Positions 29,936-39,578 are shown, numbered from the stretch's first letter. The stretch is DNA of 64,000 nucleotides from Cyanobacteria bacterium P01_A01_bin.123 (GCA_039815185.1 JBCBZT010000024.1:32001-96000), one strand, 5' to 3'. Notes: generated by a model not told the origin, from the letters alone. Program-made: numbers and translations.

Positions 29936-30514
29936 ATGATCGCTGCCAAAGACGTTCCACCGCTCCTTACCCCCGAAGACTACTTCGCTTGGGAAGCCCA
30001 ACAACTTGAAAAGCACGAGTATATCGATGGTAAAGTCTATGCCATGAGCGGCAGCAGCGTGAATCATAGCCGCATCTCCGTCCGGCTCACCGCCCTATTC
30101 GATAACCACTTAGAAAGCACTCATTGCATCACCGGCAACTCAGATCTCAAAGTCAACATCGCCGAAAGTCCCAACTATATCTACCCCGACGCTAGCGTCA
30201 CCTGCGACGACCGCGACAAGACGAGCACTCGATACATCACCTACCCCTGTCTAATTGTTGAAGTCCTCTCCGACAGTACCGAAGCCTATGACCGGGGCGG
30301 CAAGTTTAGACTCTACCGCCGCAACCCAGCCTTACAGGAATATCTGCTTGTTGGCTCCACTCGTATCGAAATGGATCTGTATCGTAAAACTGAGGCAGGT
30401 CAGTGGCTTATCCTCAATTATCAGCCTGGTGACATCGTGGAGCTTAAAAGCATCGACCTCAGCTTTCCCATTGAGCAGGTTTATCGTGGGCTTACCCTCA
30501 CCCCAGATGCCTGA
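29936..30514 (+). CDS. Uma2 (DUF820) family putative endonuclease
   Basis: KHEYIDGKVYAM, YPDASVTCD, PCLIVEVLS.STE.YDRG.KF. Confidence 0.9.
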   Translation: MIAAKDVPPLLTPEDYFAWEAQQLEKHEYIDGKVYAMSGSSVNHSRISVRLTALFDNHLESTHCITGNSDLKVNIAESPNYIYPDASVTCDDRDKTSTRYITYPCLIVEVLSDSTEAYDRGGKFRLYRRNPALQEYLLVGSTRIEMDLYRKTEAGQWLILNYQPGDIVELKSIDLSFPIEQVYRGLTLTPDA

Positions 30515-30537
30515 GACGCTTATGGTTACTTCTTATC

Positions 30538-30583
30538 GGTTACGCTTCGAGAAGGCAAAGCCTACGTTCCTCAATCCATCTAC
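30538..30583 (-). repeat. REP-like element, family B (partial), with the same internal insertion
   Basis: GGTTACGCTTCGAGAAGGCAAAGCCTACGTTCCTCAATCCATCTAC, near-identical to the copy at 29665-29716. Confidence 0.7.
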
Positions 30584-30697
30584 GGCGATGGATGATCGCA
30601 CTGGTGGACAGGCGATCGCAGGCGAATATCCTTATTCCCGATCGCACTAATGTACGGGACAGGCATCTAGGAAAACAGAAGCAGACTAGACAAGCGG

Positions 30698-31009
30698 TCA
30701 AACTCTAAATGGCTCTGATTTTTCATCGAAGTGTAGGGGTAAGACACTTTCAATATTTGCAGTTGGGTGGGGCACGATGTAGTGGGAGGTAACTTCTCCA
30801 TTACAAGGGCAGTTGTTAGCAGCTGCTATGCCTGCCTCCATGGCCCTCTTGACCTCAGCCACAGGCCCTCGAACCACTACAAATTGATGTCCGCTATCGG
30901 CCTGATTAATCCCTAAAAGGGAGACCCGCCCTGCTTTGACCATGGCATCTCCCGCTGCCAGGGAAGCCGGATATCCGTGGGTTTCGATTACGCCGATACT
31001 GTAGAGCAT
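30698..31009 (-). CDS. ccmK: BMC-H microcompartment shell protein, divergent satellite CcmK (K5/K6-like)
   Basis: IGVIET.G, DAMVKAGRV, VRGPVAEVK.A..AG, C-terminal LP..F..KSEPFR typical of beta-carboxysome CcmK. Confidence 0.8.
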   Translation of the reverse strand: MLYSIGVIETHGYPASLAAGDAMVKAGRVSLLGINQADSGHQFVVVRGPVAEVKRAMEAGIAAANNCPCNGEVTSHYIVPHPTANIESVLPLHFDEKSEPFRV

Positions 31010-31037
31010 AGTGGAATGATCTGATTACGAAGCTTCT

Positions 31038-31238
31038 TTGTTCAATATACTTGAGACCCGACACCTACTTTATAGGGTTCAACGCTCGACCAATTTTACT
31101 ATTAATGTTCCAATTTATTTGGATAATGAGGTGTTGCAATACTTTTCTACGCAAGCAGAGGCAGAAGGGGTTGATCTAACTGAAATGATCAATGACTTGC
31201 TTAGGAAGGATATTGATTTGATTGAAGGCGTCAAGTAA
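31038..31238 (+). pseudogene. Antitoxin-like fragment (BrnA / ribbon-helix-helix type), probably 5'-truncated
   Basis: VPIYLDNEVLQYF..AE..GVDL..MINDLLRKDI.LIE resembles the C-terminal half of small antitoxins; TTG start with no obvious RBS. Confidence 0.5.
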
Positions 31239-31304
31239 GCGATCGCCCCCTTCACCCCATTCCAATAGCGATCGTGTCTTCACTCCAAAAGCAATTGCGC
31301 AGTA

Positions 31305-31538
31305 TCAGGCTGTCTCATCACCTGTTGATTGTGGCATTGATTTAATTAGCGCTCTTAAAACCTTATTAACTGATTCTGGTGTCTTAAAGACTTGGGCCAC
31401 ATCTTCATCCAAAACGACAACTGTCAGATTTTGGGACTTATCGCTGACAGCAAATCGATTTGGTTTTGCTTTTTGGTAGTCGAGGCGATATTCAGGTAGA
31501 AGCTCGTCTTCGTGATTCTGTGTGTGATTGGCTGACAC
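31305..31538 (-). CDS. BrnT-associated antitoxin-like protein, copy 1 (may be 5'-truncated)
   Basis: DELLPEY..DY.KAKPNRFA...VVLDEDVAQVF.TPESVN.VLR.LI; GTG start. Confidence 0.65.
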   Translation of the reverse strand: MSANHTQNHEDELLPEYRLDYQKAKPNRFAVSDKSQNLTVVVLDEDVAQVFKTPESVNKVLRALIKSMPQSTGDETA

Positions 31539-31590
31539 TATGTTTTTGGCGGTTAGCGATCGCTTTTGATTGATCCCACTCGAAATCCAT
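31492..31590 (-). pseudogene. brnT (DUF497) toxin remnant, copy 1
   Basis: Manual translation MDFEWDQSKAIANRQKHSVS matches the BrnT N-terminal pattern FEWD..K...N..KHG; stops after 32 codons. Confidence 0.75.
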
Positions 31591-31649
31591 ATATAGATTA
31601 GGGTTGAGGATGCATCTAGTATAGTGCGATCGCGCTTTCCCTCTAAGAA

Positions 31650-31683
31650 GTAGGGTGCTGTTAGGCGAATGCCGTAACGCACC
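31650..31683 (+). repeat. REP element, family A
   Basis: GTAG-GGTGCTGTTA-GGCGAATGCCG-TAACGCACC, directly 3' of the RAYT gene. Confidence 0.8.
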
Positions 31684-31693
31684 GTTGGCGTTG

Positions 31694-32245
31694 CTATCGA
31701 TCCCAATCTTTCAAGGCTATTGCTAGCAAGTCATGCTCTCCCCAATTTGGGGCGTAAATATTCTGGTCTAAAAATCGGTGAATGCTTGAGAACTGCCATG
31801 ATTGAGGGGTTTCGCACAAGCCATGATGTACTGGGTTGATATGGATGTAGTCGCAGTGTTGGGCGAAGTCTCGCTCATCGCGGATGAAATGCTCCCAAAA
31901 TCGACGCTGCCACAGGTTGCGTTCTCCTCGCTTTTTTCGGGATGGTGAAATGTTGCGATCAATCTTCAGGTGTTGCCTGTAGTGCCGGGTGACGTAGGTT
32001 TTGATCAGCTTCAGTCGTAGGGAAATGTCTGCGTTGTCAGCAGGGAGGGTCAGCAGGCAATGGAAATGATCTGGCAATAGGACAAAGGCTTCAATGATAA
32101 ATGGATGTTTTTGCCTGACGGTTGAAATGGCTTCTCTCAGTGCTTTTCGCCCAATATTGGTGCAAAGCCAGGGTTCTCGTTGGTAGGTGACTTGAGTAAT
32201 AAAGTAGGTGCCACCAGATATGTAGGCTCTTCGGTAATTTGGCAT
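31694..32245 (-). mobile_element. REP-associated tyrosine transposase (RAYT, Y1 HUH family)
   Basis: MPNYRR..GGTYF.T, LPDHFH (HUH), WQRRFWEH.IRD, DYIHINP (catalytic Tyr), W.FSS; flanked by GTAG REPs. Confidence 0.92.
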
Positions 32246-32306
32246 CGGTGGCGGATGATCTTTGGCTTAAGATGCCCGTTTGCGGATACCACCTATCAAA
32301 GCCAGC

Positions 32307-32417
32307 GTAGGGTGCGTTAGCTTGGCATAACGCACCGTCGTCCTTATTATTTAGAGGTTTTGGATATGTGCCTTATTGAGGTTAATGGTGCGTTTTGCTA
32401 TCGCTAACGCACCCTAC
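32307..32417. repeat. REP doublet (REPIN), family A
   Basis: GTAG-GGTGCGTTA..TAACGCACC (32307-32336) and inverted GGTGCGTT..AACGCACC-CTAC (32387-32417), 50-nt spacer. Confidence 0.85.
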
Positions 32418-32488
32418 AAGAGCCGCGATCGCACTCTTTATTCCAATATCAAAAGCGATCGCACTAATTACAGCAACCCAAGAGTGCG

Positions 32489-32797
32489 CTATGTCAAGGG
32501 ACGATTGCGACGATGAGAGAGCCATTTCTCAAAAGATCGATTGCTCTCTCCACTCTGCCTACCCGCAAGTAACCCTTCTATACCAATGTGTTCGTCTAAA
32601 TCAGGCCATTCGATGGCGTAACCATCGCCTATGATTTGCCAACTTTGCAGTTCTGTGGGGGATGCATGTTGCAGACGGGGATACCAGTTTAGGGGAATGC
32701 TTAGGCTTCGCCCATCAATCAAATCTACGATCAGTTTATCATCGACAATATTGGCCTGTGCAGCGAGGGGGTCGGTTTCAAGGGTCAAAGTAGTCAT
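32489..32797 (-). CDS. DUF2442 family protein (putative antitoxin)
   Basis: L.DGR.LSIPL.WYPRL..AS..EL..W...G.G..IEWPDLDEHI; overlaps the upstream DUF4160 gene. Confidence 0.88.
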   Translation of the reverse strand: MTTLTLETDPLAAQANIVDDKLIVDLIDGRSLSIPLNWYPRLQHASPTELQSWQIIGDGYAIEWPDLDEHIGIEGLLAGRQSGESNRSFEKWLSHRRNRPLT

Positions 32798-33014
32798 GCC
32801 ATGCCTCTACTAGAGTTGATTCATGTTCTTTTACAAGCCGTTCGATGTTGCTGAGTTCGTGGTCTCTAAATCCTCGATTTTTAGCTAAGGATACCGGATT
32901 CAACCAATATTTGGCGATTTGGCGATCGCGCTTAATGTGAATATGAGCAGGTTCACCTCTATCGGAGCTAAAGAAAATAAAGCTGTAGGGACCAACCTGT
33001 AGAACTGTGGGCAT
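32778..33014 (-). CDS. DUF4160 family protein (putative toxin)
   Basis: MPTVL..GPY.F.FFS.D..EP.HIHI...AKYWL.P...W.DYF. Confidence 0.88.
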   Translation of the reverse strand: MPTVLQVGPYSFIFFSSDRGEPAHIHIKRDRQIAKYWLNPVSLAKNRGFRDHELSNIERLVKEHESTLVEAWHDYFDP

Positions 33015-33133
33015 TGTTGAAGCACTTGCTGATGCTATTAGTCTAGTCTGGTTGGTCGAGCATCGTAGCGATCGCCCCCTTCACCCCATTCCAATAGCGA
33101 TCGCGCCTTCACTCCAAAAGCAATTGCGCAGTA

Positions 33134-33367
33134 TCAGGCTGTCTCATCACCTGTTGATTGTGGCATTGATTTAATTAGCGCTCTTAAAACCTTATTAACT
33201 GATTCTGGTGTCTTAAAGACTTGGGCTACATCTTCATCCAAAACGACAACTGTCAGATTTTGGGACTTATCGCTGACAGCAAATCGATTTGGTTTTGCTT
33301 TCTGGTAGTCGAGGCGATATTCAGGTAGAAGTTCGTCTTTGTGCTTCTGTGTGTGATTGGCTGACAC
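33134..33367 (-). CDS. BrnT-associated antitoxin-like protein, copy 2
   Basis: Differs from copy 1 at two residues near the N-terminus (KHK versus NHE). Confidence 0.65.
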   Translation of the reverse strand: MSANHTQKHKDELLPEYRLDYQKAKPNRFAVSDKSQNLTVVVLDEDVAQVFKTPESVNKVLRALIKSMPQSTGDETA

Positions 33368-33419
33368 TATTTTTTGGGAGGTTAGCGATCGCTTTTGATT
33401 GATCCCACTCGAAATCCAT
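33321..33419 (-). pseudogene. brnT toxin remnant, copy 2
   Basis: MDFEWDQSKAIANLPKNSVS...*, with the same junction as copy 1. Confidence 0.72.
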
Positions 33420-33602
33420 ATCTAGATCAGGGTGGAGTATGCGGCTAGTATAGTGCGATCGCCCCCTCTATACCAACACAAACAGCGATCGTCCCTCTAT
33501 CACAAACAGCGTAATCGCGCCCCTCACCCCAACGCCACCATCAAGCGACGCACCCTTCAGTGCTTCACATAGCGATCGCGTTTAAGATGGAAGGCTTATT
33601 CT

Positions 33603-33632
33603 GCATGGGTTTCGTTCCTCAACCCATCCTAC
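33603..33632 (-). repeat. REP-like element, family B (uninterrupted form)
   Basis: Minus strand GTAG-GATGGGTT-GAGGAACG-AAACCCATGC hairpin. Confidence 0.75.
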
Positions 33633-33674
33633 GGCGATGGGCGATCGCACTACAAGATCCGCGATCGCACTGGA

Positions 33675-35294
33675 TTATGGTGTTCCTCCACGCCCTTCAT
33701 TTCTTCCAAATTCCAAATAGTGTGCAATTGCACCCATATAATTGTTCTCTCCGTAGACATCAGCTACATCAGGATTATTGGATAAATAAAAACGTGGATC
33801 AAACTCAGATGAGCCTTGACGACCTTCAGAAACACCGTGATTTAACCAATGATCTACAGCTGCGGAATAGTTCGCTGAACCAAACGCCTGTTGCAAATCA
33901 GGATACTTATTCAAGTAATATTTGACATCAAATATGATGGAACTTCTGCGTCCTTCTTCAATGCCATGAGTGAGCCAATGTTCCATTGCAGCTACGTAGT
34001 TATTAGAGCCAAACTCCTGTTGCAGATCAGTATATTGACCTAGATAATATTGAACATCAAATGCAGGAGAACTTCTGCGCCCTTCCCCGACACCATAAGT
34101 TAGCCAATGATTTCTGGCAGCATCGTGATCATTTTCAAAAGCATTTCTTAAATCACCATAAGTCAGAAGGTAAAACTCAGGTTCAAGAATAGGTGAGCTT
34201 GTCCTGATTTCGTTTTCTCCAAGACTGATTGAACTCCACTTTTCACCAGTCTCAGCATCATAGTTTAATGTATTGGCTTCTAAAGTTTTATCTACCTCAA
34301 TGCTCAATTCTGGTAAAGTTATCAAGATATAAGGCTGATGAGTATTCGGGGTGGGAATCTTGTCACCAAAGAATCTTTCTGCTCGGTTATAACTGAGTAT
34401 TCCAAACTTGACTTCAAACTTAGAAAGATCAATTTCCCCAGAGACTTCTAGCAAGGGTGGAATTTCACCACCTGCGATATAGGTTGCTAGAGCAGTTCCC
34501 AGAGTAAGCGCATCTAGATCGATAATGTCTGAATCAAACTTATCAATCTCACTACCATAGCGCTCAGTTAGGACTTCAGGTGCTTTTTCAAGCGCATCTT
34601 CAGCATTCTTTCTTATATGGATTAACTGATCTTCGCCTAACTGTCTAAAATGATTGGCTAATAGAGTCGGATTAGAAGAAGTTATTGATGCAGAGGTGAC
34701 TATAGCCGTTTGAACATAGTCGTCATGAGTCAATTCATCGCCATATATTACAATTCCTTTCTGCTCAAGTTCTGCCTTTAATTCATGTTTATTAGTAACG
34801 TGACCGAAATTTTGACTTAAAAAGCCTTGAAGCACTTCATCGGCGAGATCAGCTTGCATAGCAATCAATTGTCGTATTGCACTGCTTGGATTGCTAATAT
34901 ACTCGTCAATTTCAGTAATTGATTTCTCAAAATCATTCAACTCATTCTCCAATTGAGCTGACAGGTCCTCAAACTTATTGACTGCCGTCTTCCAATTTTC
35001 TTTGTCGGTTGGATCACAACCACCATCTACAAAACAATTGTCTAACTCATTGAGTAGCGTCTCCCAATTTTCTTTGTCGGTTGGATCACAGCCACCATTA
35101 AAACAATTGTCTAACTCGTCTAAAGTCTTTGTGCTAATCCTTTCACAAATTCTTTTAAGCAAGACAATCCGGCAAAGCGCATTATTTCCTTGGAGCCCCT
35201 TAAACCTCTCTCCTGAAGAGCTAGAGAGACAGCTTGTAGAAATAATTCCGACAGCCAGGGCAAGTGTCAGTGTTTTATAAGATATTGCTTTCAT
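33675..35294 (-). CDS. Exported hypothetical protein with duplicated Cys-containing motif and four C-terminal FD..YL..YPD..HW..G..EGR repeats; AT-rich
   Basis: Signal peptide with possible lipobox (STSC); two copies of ELDNCF..GGCDPTDKENW; four roughly 40-aa repeats at the end. Confidence 0.8.
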   Translation of the reverse strand: MKAISYKTLTLALAVGIISTSCLSSSSGERFKGLQGNNALCRIVLLKRICERISTKTLDELDNCFNGGCDPTDKENWETLLNELDNCFVDGGCDPTDKENWKTAVNKFEDLSAQLENELNDFEKSITEIDEYISNPSSAIRQLIAMQADLADEVLQGFLSQNFGHVTNKHELKAELEQKGIVIYGDELTHDDYVQTAIVTSASITSSNPTLLANHFRQLGEDQLIHIRKNAEDALEKAPEVLTERYGSEIDKFDSDIIDLDALTLGTALATYIAGGEIPPLLEVSGEIDLSKFEVKFGILSYNRAERFFGDKIPTPNTHQPYILITLPELSIEVDKTLEANTLNYDAETGEKWSSISLGENEIRTSSPILEPEFYLLTYGDLRNAFENDHDAARNHWLTYGVGEGRRSSPAFDVQYYLGQYTDLQQEFGSNNYVAAMEHWLTHGIEEGRRSSIIFDVKYYLNKYPDLQQAFGSANYSAAVDHWLNHGVSEGRQGSSEFDPRFYLSNNPDVADVYGENNYMGAIAHYLEFGRNEGRGGTP

Positions 35295-35474
35295 GTTTGA
35301 TTCTCTTTCCTTAGGTTTTAAGACAGAATTTAAAGCGGTATCAAAAGTTACTGTGCCATGTACTCGTTAGGATTATTGATCTCCTTCAATGCATATTTCG
35401 GACAGTTCAGTAGATTATCCGGATATTTACTGAGAGAATAACCACCAAATCAATATGTATTAAAAACATGCACC

Positions 35475-35511
35475 AAAAAACAGAACCCAGCAAAGTAACT
35501 TTGCTGGGTTC
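35475..35511 (-). terminator. Terminator downstream of chlH
   Basis: GAACCCAGCAAAGT-A-ACTTTGCTGGGTTC with A6 at 35475-35480 (U-tract on the minus strand). Confidence 0.8.
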
Positions 35512-35555
35512 CGAAATTGTTCAACCAATAATCAGCTTCACTATCTCAAAGCAGC

Positions 35556-38500
35556 CTACTCAACTCCCTCAATCCGGTCTTCCACTTCCTGATACAACTC
35601 CTGAAGCTTCTCCAGATTCTCATCACTCGTCTCCCAATACCCCCGACCATTCACCTCCAACAGCGTACTCACCATCCGCCGGAACGAATTGGGATTCAGA
35701 TCCATCAGCCGCTTACACATCTCCGGATCTTGAATGAACGTCGCATTGGTATCCTCATAGACCCAGTTATCCACCGCGCCCGCCGTCGCCGACCAGCCCA
35801 TGGTATTCACCAAACGCTTTGACAGCTCCCGCACCCCTTCATAACCGTGGGAGAGCATGCCCTCATACCACTTCGGATTTAGCAGCTTAGTCCGGGCATC
35901 TAACCGCACCGTTTCCGAGAGGGTACGCACCTGGGCATTAGCCGTGGTCGTATCCGCCACATAGGAGGCGGGTTGCTTGCCATCACCTCGCAGCTTCGCC
36001 ACCACCTTGGTGGGATCAGAATCAAAATAGTGGGACACATCCGTCAGCGAAATTTCCGAAGAGTCCAGATTTTGGAAGGTGACTTCCGCTGTCTTCAAGG
36101 CCGTCTCAAACATATCGCGGGAGTTGTCCATCACCCCCGGATTGTCAGAGTTGAAGGCAAAAGACTTGCGCTTCAGGTACATTTCCTGGAGTTCGCTTTC
36201 CTCTTCCCAAGAGCTGTTTTCTACCGCCAGGTTCACGTTAGAGGCATAAGACCCCGATGCGTTAGAAAACACGCGAGTGGCCGCTTGCCGCAAAGACACA
36301 CCCATTTCTTCCGCTTGCTGCAAAGCATGTTTGCGAACAAAGTTCATCTCCAAAGGTTCATCTGCTTCAGCGGCCATCTTCACCGCCCGATCTAGCAGCG
36401 CCATTTGGTTGATGAACAAATCTCGGAATACCCCAGAACAGTTGATCACAATGTCAACCCGAGGTCGCCCCAGTTCCTCTAGGGAAAGCAGTTCTAGTTT
36501 ATTGACCCGCCCGAGGGAATCGGGGACGGGCTTAACCCCAACAAACCAAAGCATTTGAGCCAGCGATTCGCCGTAGGTTTTGATGTTGTCGGTACCCCAC
36601 AGCACGGTGGCAATGGTTTCGGGATAGGTACCGCCATTTTCATGCCGCTGCCGCTCTAGCAAGCGATCGACGACGATTTTGGCTGACTGCACCGCCGCTG
36701 TGGTGGGAATGGACTGGGGATCGAGGGCGTGGATGTTTTTACCCGTAGGCAAGACATCAGGGTTGCGGATCGGGTCACCACCAGGGCCGGGTAGGACGTA
36801 TTCCCCTTCCAAGGCTTTGAGCAGGGCACCGAGTTCGTTATCGGCAACCACCTGCTCCAGGCAAAATTCCAAGTACTGCATCAGCGGCTTTAGGGCTTCG
36901 CTATCTACTCCGGTGTAGCCCGCCTCGTGGAGCGCGTTGATCCAGGGTGCTTTGCGGCCAATGTTGAGGAAATTGAGCTTTGACACCATGGAAACCCGAC
37001 CCTCGGCGTCAATTTGTTCTTGCACTAGGGCAGTAACGGCAGCGCGACACCCGGCGTTTATGTCGTAGAGCAACTGCACGTCGTCTAATACGCCGCGATC
37101 GCTGTTGGCGTAGATTTCATCGATATCGCGGTTAAGGCTTTCGGCAATGATCCGCTGGAGGCTCTTGATGCCGTCTTCTTCGCGATCCAGTCCGGCGATG
37201 TTAACCAGGGTCGCGATCGCTTCTTCAGCCGTCGGCGGTTTACCAATCACGTGTAAACCACAGGGCAGCAGGCGAGACTCAATCTCCATCAGCTTGATGT
37301 AAACCTTACCCACAACATTGTCCCGCTCATCGGTGCTGAGCTGATCGGCGCGGAAGGGGCTGTCGTCCCCTTCGGATGTCGCCAGTTCGGGGATGTCCCG
37401 ATCCAGATTGCAGATACGAGCCTGTTCGACAATCGCGTTAACAATTTGCACCGCTCGACCGCCGTCTTTTAAGCCCTGGTAAGAACCGATGAGTTCACTC
37501 AGTTCCTTCAGCCCCTTATACAAGCCCGCATTTTCCGCAGGCGGCGTTAGGTAGCTGATGGTTTCGGCATAGCTCCGCCGCTTAGCAATGGTCGCTTCAG
37601 AGGGGTTATTGGCCGCATAATAGTAGAGGTTAGGGATCGAGCCAATCAGGTTGTCGGGGTAACAGGTACCGGACATGCCCATTTGCTTACCCGGCATAAA
37701 CTCCAGCGATCCGTGAGTGCCAAAGTGCAGCACCGCATCGGCTCCCCAGATTTTCTCCAGATAGGTATAAAAGGCTGCAAAACCGTGGTGGGGACTCGCT
37801 GAACGAGAAAATAACAGTCGCATCGGGTCGCCTTCGTAGCCAAAGGTGGGCTGCACCCCAATGAACACATTGCCAAAAGCTTTGCCGTAGACCAGTAGGT
37901 TTTGGCCGTCGGTATTGAGGGTGCCGGGTGGTGGGCCCCAGTTTTCTTCCAGGCGTTGCGAGTAAGGTGTCAGAGCTTCGTACTCAGGCACACCCATACG
38001 GTAAGCGACGTTCAGCTCAGGGCTGGCGTACTGGGCTTGAACGTCGTGGATGACAGCCTGCATCAAGGCTTCTGGAGTTTCAGGCAAATCCTGAACGTCG
38101 TAGCCGTTGAGCTTCATGGCCTGCATCACTTTATGGATGGAGCCAAACACATCCAAATAGGCAGCAGTCCCGACGTTACCCTTATCAGGCGGGAAGCTAA
38201 AGACAGTGATTGCTAACTTTTTATCCAGCTTAGGCAGACGACGTAGGCGTCCCCATTTCATAGCCCGTTGAGCGATCGCCTCGATGCGATCTTGCAGAGA
38301 AATGGCCCGCCCCGTCAGCCCGTCTCGACCGGAGAGCACAATTGGTTCAATGGCCCCGTCTAACTCAGGAATGGCCATTTGCAGCGCTACCTGAATCGGG
38401 TGTAGCCCCAGATCGCTGTCTTCCCATTCCTCAGTGGTTTGGAATACCAAGGGCAGGGCTACCATATAGGGGCGGTTGAGTCGTTGCAAAGATTCAATCG

Positions 38501-39578
38501 CCTTGGGATGATCTTGACGAGCAGGGCCACCGACCAATGCAAATCCGGTTAGGGACACCGCTGCATCAACAATGGCAACATTAGGATTAACCGGGTCAAA
38601 GAAGTAGGCGTCAACCGGCTTAGAGAAATCTAATCCCCCGGCAAATACAGGTACGACTCGGGCCCCCATATATTCCAGTTCAGACACCAAGGCCACATAG
38701 TGGGCATCGTCTCCGGTCACCAGGTGAGTGCGTTGGAGTACCAGCCCGATACAGGGTGCTAGGGGGTCTTTCAGGTTTTCAGAGAGATCGCGGCGGGAAT
38801 TGTACCAGTTGAGATATTCCTTGATGTCCTCAAACATCTGGTTAGCCATGGGATGCCAGATGCCCATGTCTGGGTAAGTGACGGGATCTTGATAGTCTAG
38901 GCTGTCAACTTGGGGCGCACCATCAAGCTGCTGATCTTTGAACACGTAGCGATCGGCGAGCATCAGCAAGAAGTTTTCCAGATTTTCTGAGGATCCCCCC
39001 AGCCAATATTGGAAGCTCAGCATAAAGTTGCGCGCATCCTGGGCCTTTTCCACAGGTAGATATTTCAACACCGTGGGCAGGGTACGCAACAGCTTCAGCA
39101 TGGCGTCTTGGAAGCCCGCGCCGGATTTTTCCTTGCGTTTCTTCATAAAGGACGCGATGGCGCTCTTAGACTGGCCCAATTGCGCCATCGAGAAGCTGCC
39201 CAGCTTGTTCAACCGCATCACCTGGGGCATAGACGGAAACACCACCGCCACATCCAACTGATCGCGATAAGGGGCCACAGCCTCAACAACTTTGTCTGCC
39301 AAATCTTCAATGAAGATCAGCGAGGCGATGAAGATATTGGCCTCAGACACATCTTTTTGAAACGCCGCGTAATTTTCACTATCACGCAATTCTTCAATCA
39401 GATAGCCGCTGACTTCGACAGCAATCTGTGGATTGTTAGCGTTAATTGCCTGTACCGCTGCTGACAAGGAACTTTGGTACTGGGGCTCTAACACGACATA
39501 GACCACCTTGACCAAGGATCGGCCCCCCAACTCATTGGGAGCAACGTGGCGCACAGTGGGCTTGACGTGAGTGAACAT
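35556..39578 (-). CDS. chlH: Magnesium chelatase subunit H
   Basis: MFTHVK start with AGGAG upstream, [46 protein letters not shown]. Confidence 0.98.
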   Translation of the reverse strand: MFTHVKPTVRHVAPNELGGRSLVKVVYVVLEPQYQSSLSAAVQAINANNPQIAVEVSGYLIEELRDSENYAAFQKDVSEANIFIASLIFIEDLADKVVEAVAPYRDQLDVAVVFPSMPQVMRLNKLGSFSMAQLGQSKSAIASFMKKRKEKSGAGFQDAMLKLLRTLPTVLKYLPVEKAQDARNFMLSFQYWLGGSSENLENFLLMLADRYVFKDQQLDGAPQVDSLDYQDPVTYPDMGIWHPMANQMFEDIKEYLNWYNSRRDLSENLKDPLAPCIGLVLQRTHLVTGDDAHYVALVSELEYMGARVVPVFAGGLDFSKPVDAYFFDPVNPNVAIVDAAVSLTGFALVGGPARQDHPKAIESLQRLNRPYMVALPLVFQTTEEWEDSDLGLHPIQVALQMAIPELDGAIEPIVLSGRDGLTGRAISLQDRIEAIAQRAMKWGRLRRLPKLDKKLAITVFSFPPDKGNVGTAAYLDVFGSIHKVMQAMKLNGYDVQDLPETPEALMQAVIHDVQAQYASPELNVAYRMGVPEYEALTPYSQRLEENWGPPPGTLNTDGQNLLVYGKAFGNVFIGVQPTFGYEGDPMRLLFSRSASPHHGFAAFYTYLEKIWGADAVLHFGTHGSLEFMPGKQMGMSGTCYPDNLIGSIPNLYYYAANNPSEATIAKRRSYAETISYLTPPAENAGLYKGLKELSELIGSYQGLKDGGRAVQIVNAIVEQARICNLDRDIPELATSEGDDSPFRADQLSTDERDNVVGKVYIKLMEIESRLLPCGLHVIGKPPTAEEAIATLVNIAGLDREEDGIKSLQRIIAESLNRDIDEIYANSDRGVLDDVQLLYDINAGCRAAVTALVQEQIDAEGRVSMVSKLNFLNIGRKAPWINALHEAGYTGVDSEALKPLMQYLEFCLEQVVADNELGALLKALEGEYVLPGPGGDPIRNPDVLPTGKNIHALDPQSIPTTAAVQSAKIVVDRLLERQRHENGGTYPETIATVLWGTDNIKTYGESLAQMLWFVGVKPVPDSLGRVNKLELLSLEELGRPRVDIVINCSGVFRDLFINQMALLDRAVKMAAEADEPLEMNFVRKHALQQAEEMGVSLRQAATRVFSNASGSYASNVNLAVENSSWEEESELQEMYLKRKSFAFNSDNPGVMDNSRDMFETALKTAEVTFQNLDSSEISLTDVSHYFDSDPTKVVAKLRGDGKQPASYVADTTTANAQVRTLSETVRLDARTKLLNPKWYEGMLSHGYEGVRELSKRLVNTMGWSATAGAVDNWVYEDTNATFIQDPEMCKRLMDLNPNSFRRMVSTLLEVNGRGYWETSDENLEKLQELYQEVEDRIEGVE

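Larger units (their letters stand above)
31238..31633. repeat. 396-bp direct repeat, copy 1 (HIP1-bounded)
   Basis: Aligns without gaps to 33067-33462 (offset 1829) with scattered substitutions; both ends coincide with GCGATCGC. Confidence 0.95.
33067..33462. repeat. 396-bp direct repeat, copy 2 (HIP1-bounded)
   Basis: Partner of 31238-31633. Confidence 0.95.

Noticed and set aside
31305..31706. 133-aa extended version of the antitoxin ORF
   Set aside because: The extension runs through the brnT stub, HIP1 and REP and is absent from copy 2; not credible coding sequence.
31694..32245. IS200/IS605 insertion sequence
   Set aside because: Motifs and multiple GTAG REPs fit a RAYT better; no tnpB.
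28451..35294. Classical integron
   Set aside because: No IntI-like gene adjacent and no convincing attC structures; spacers are HIP1/REP based.
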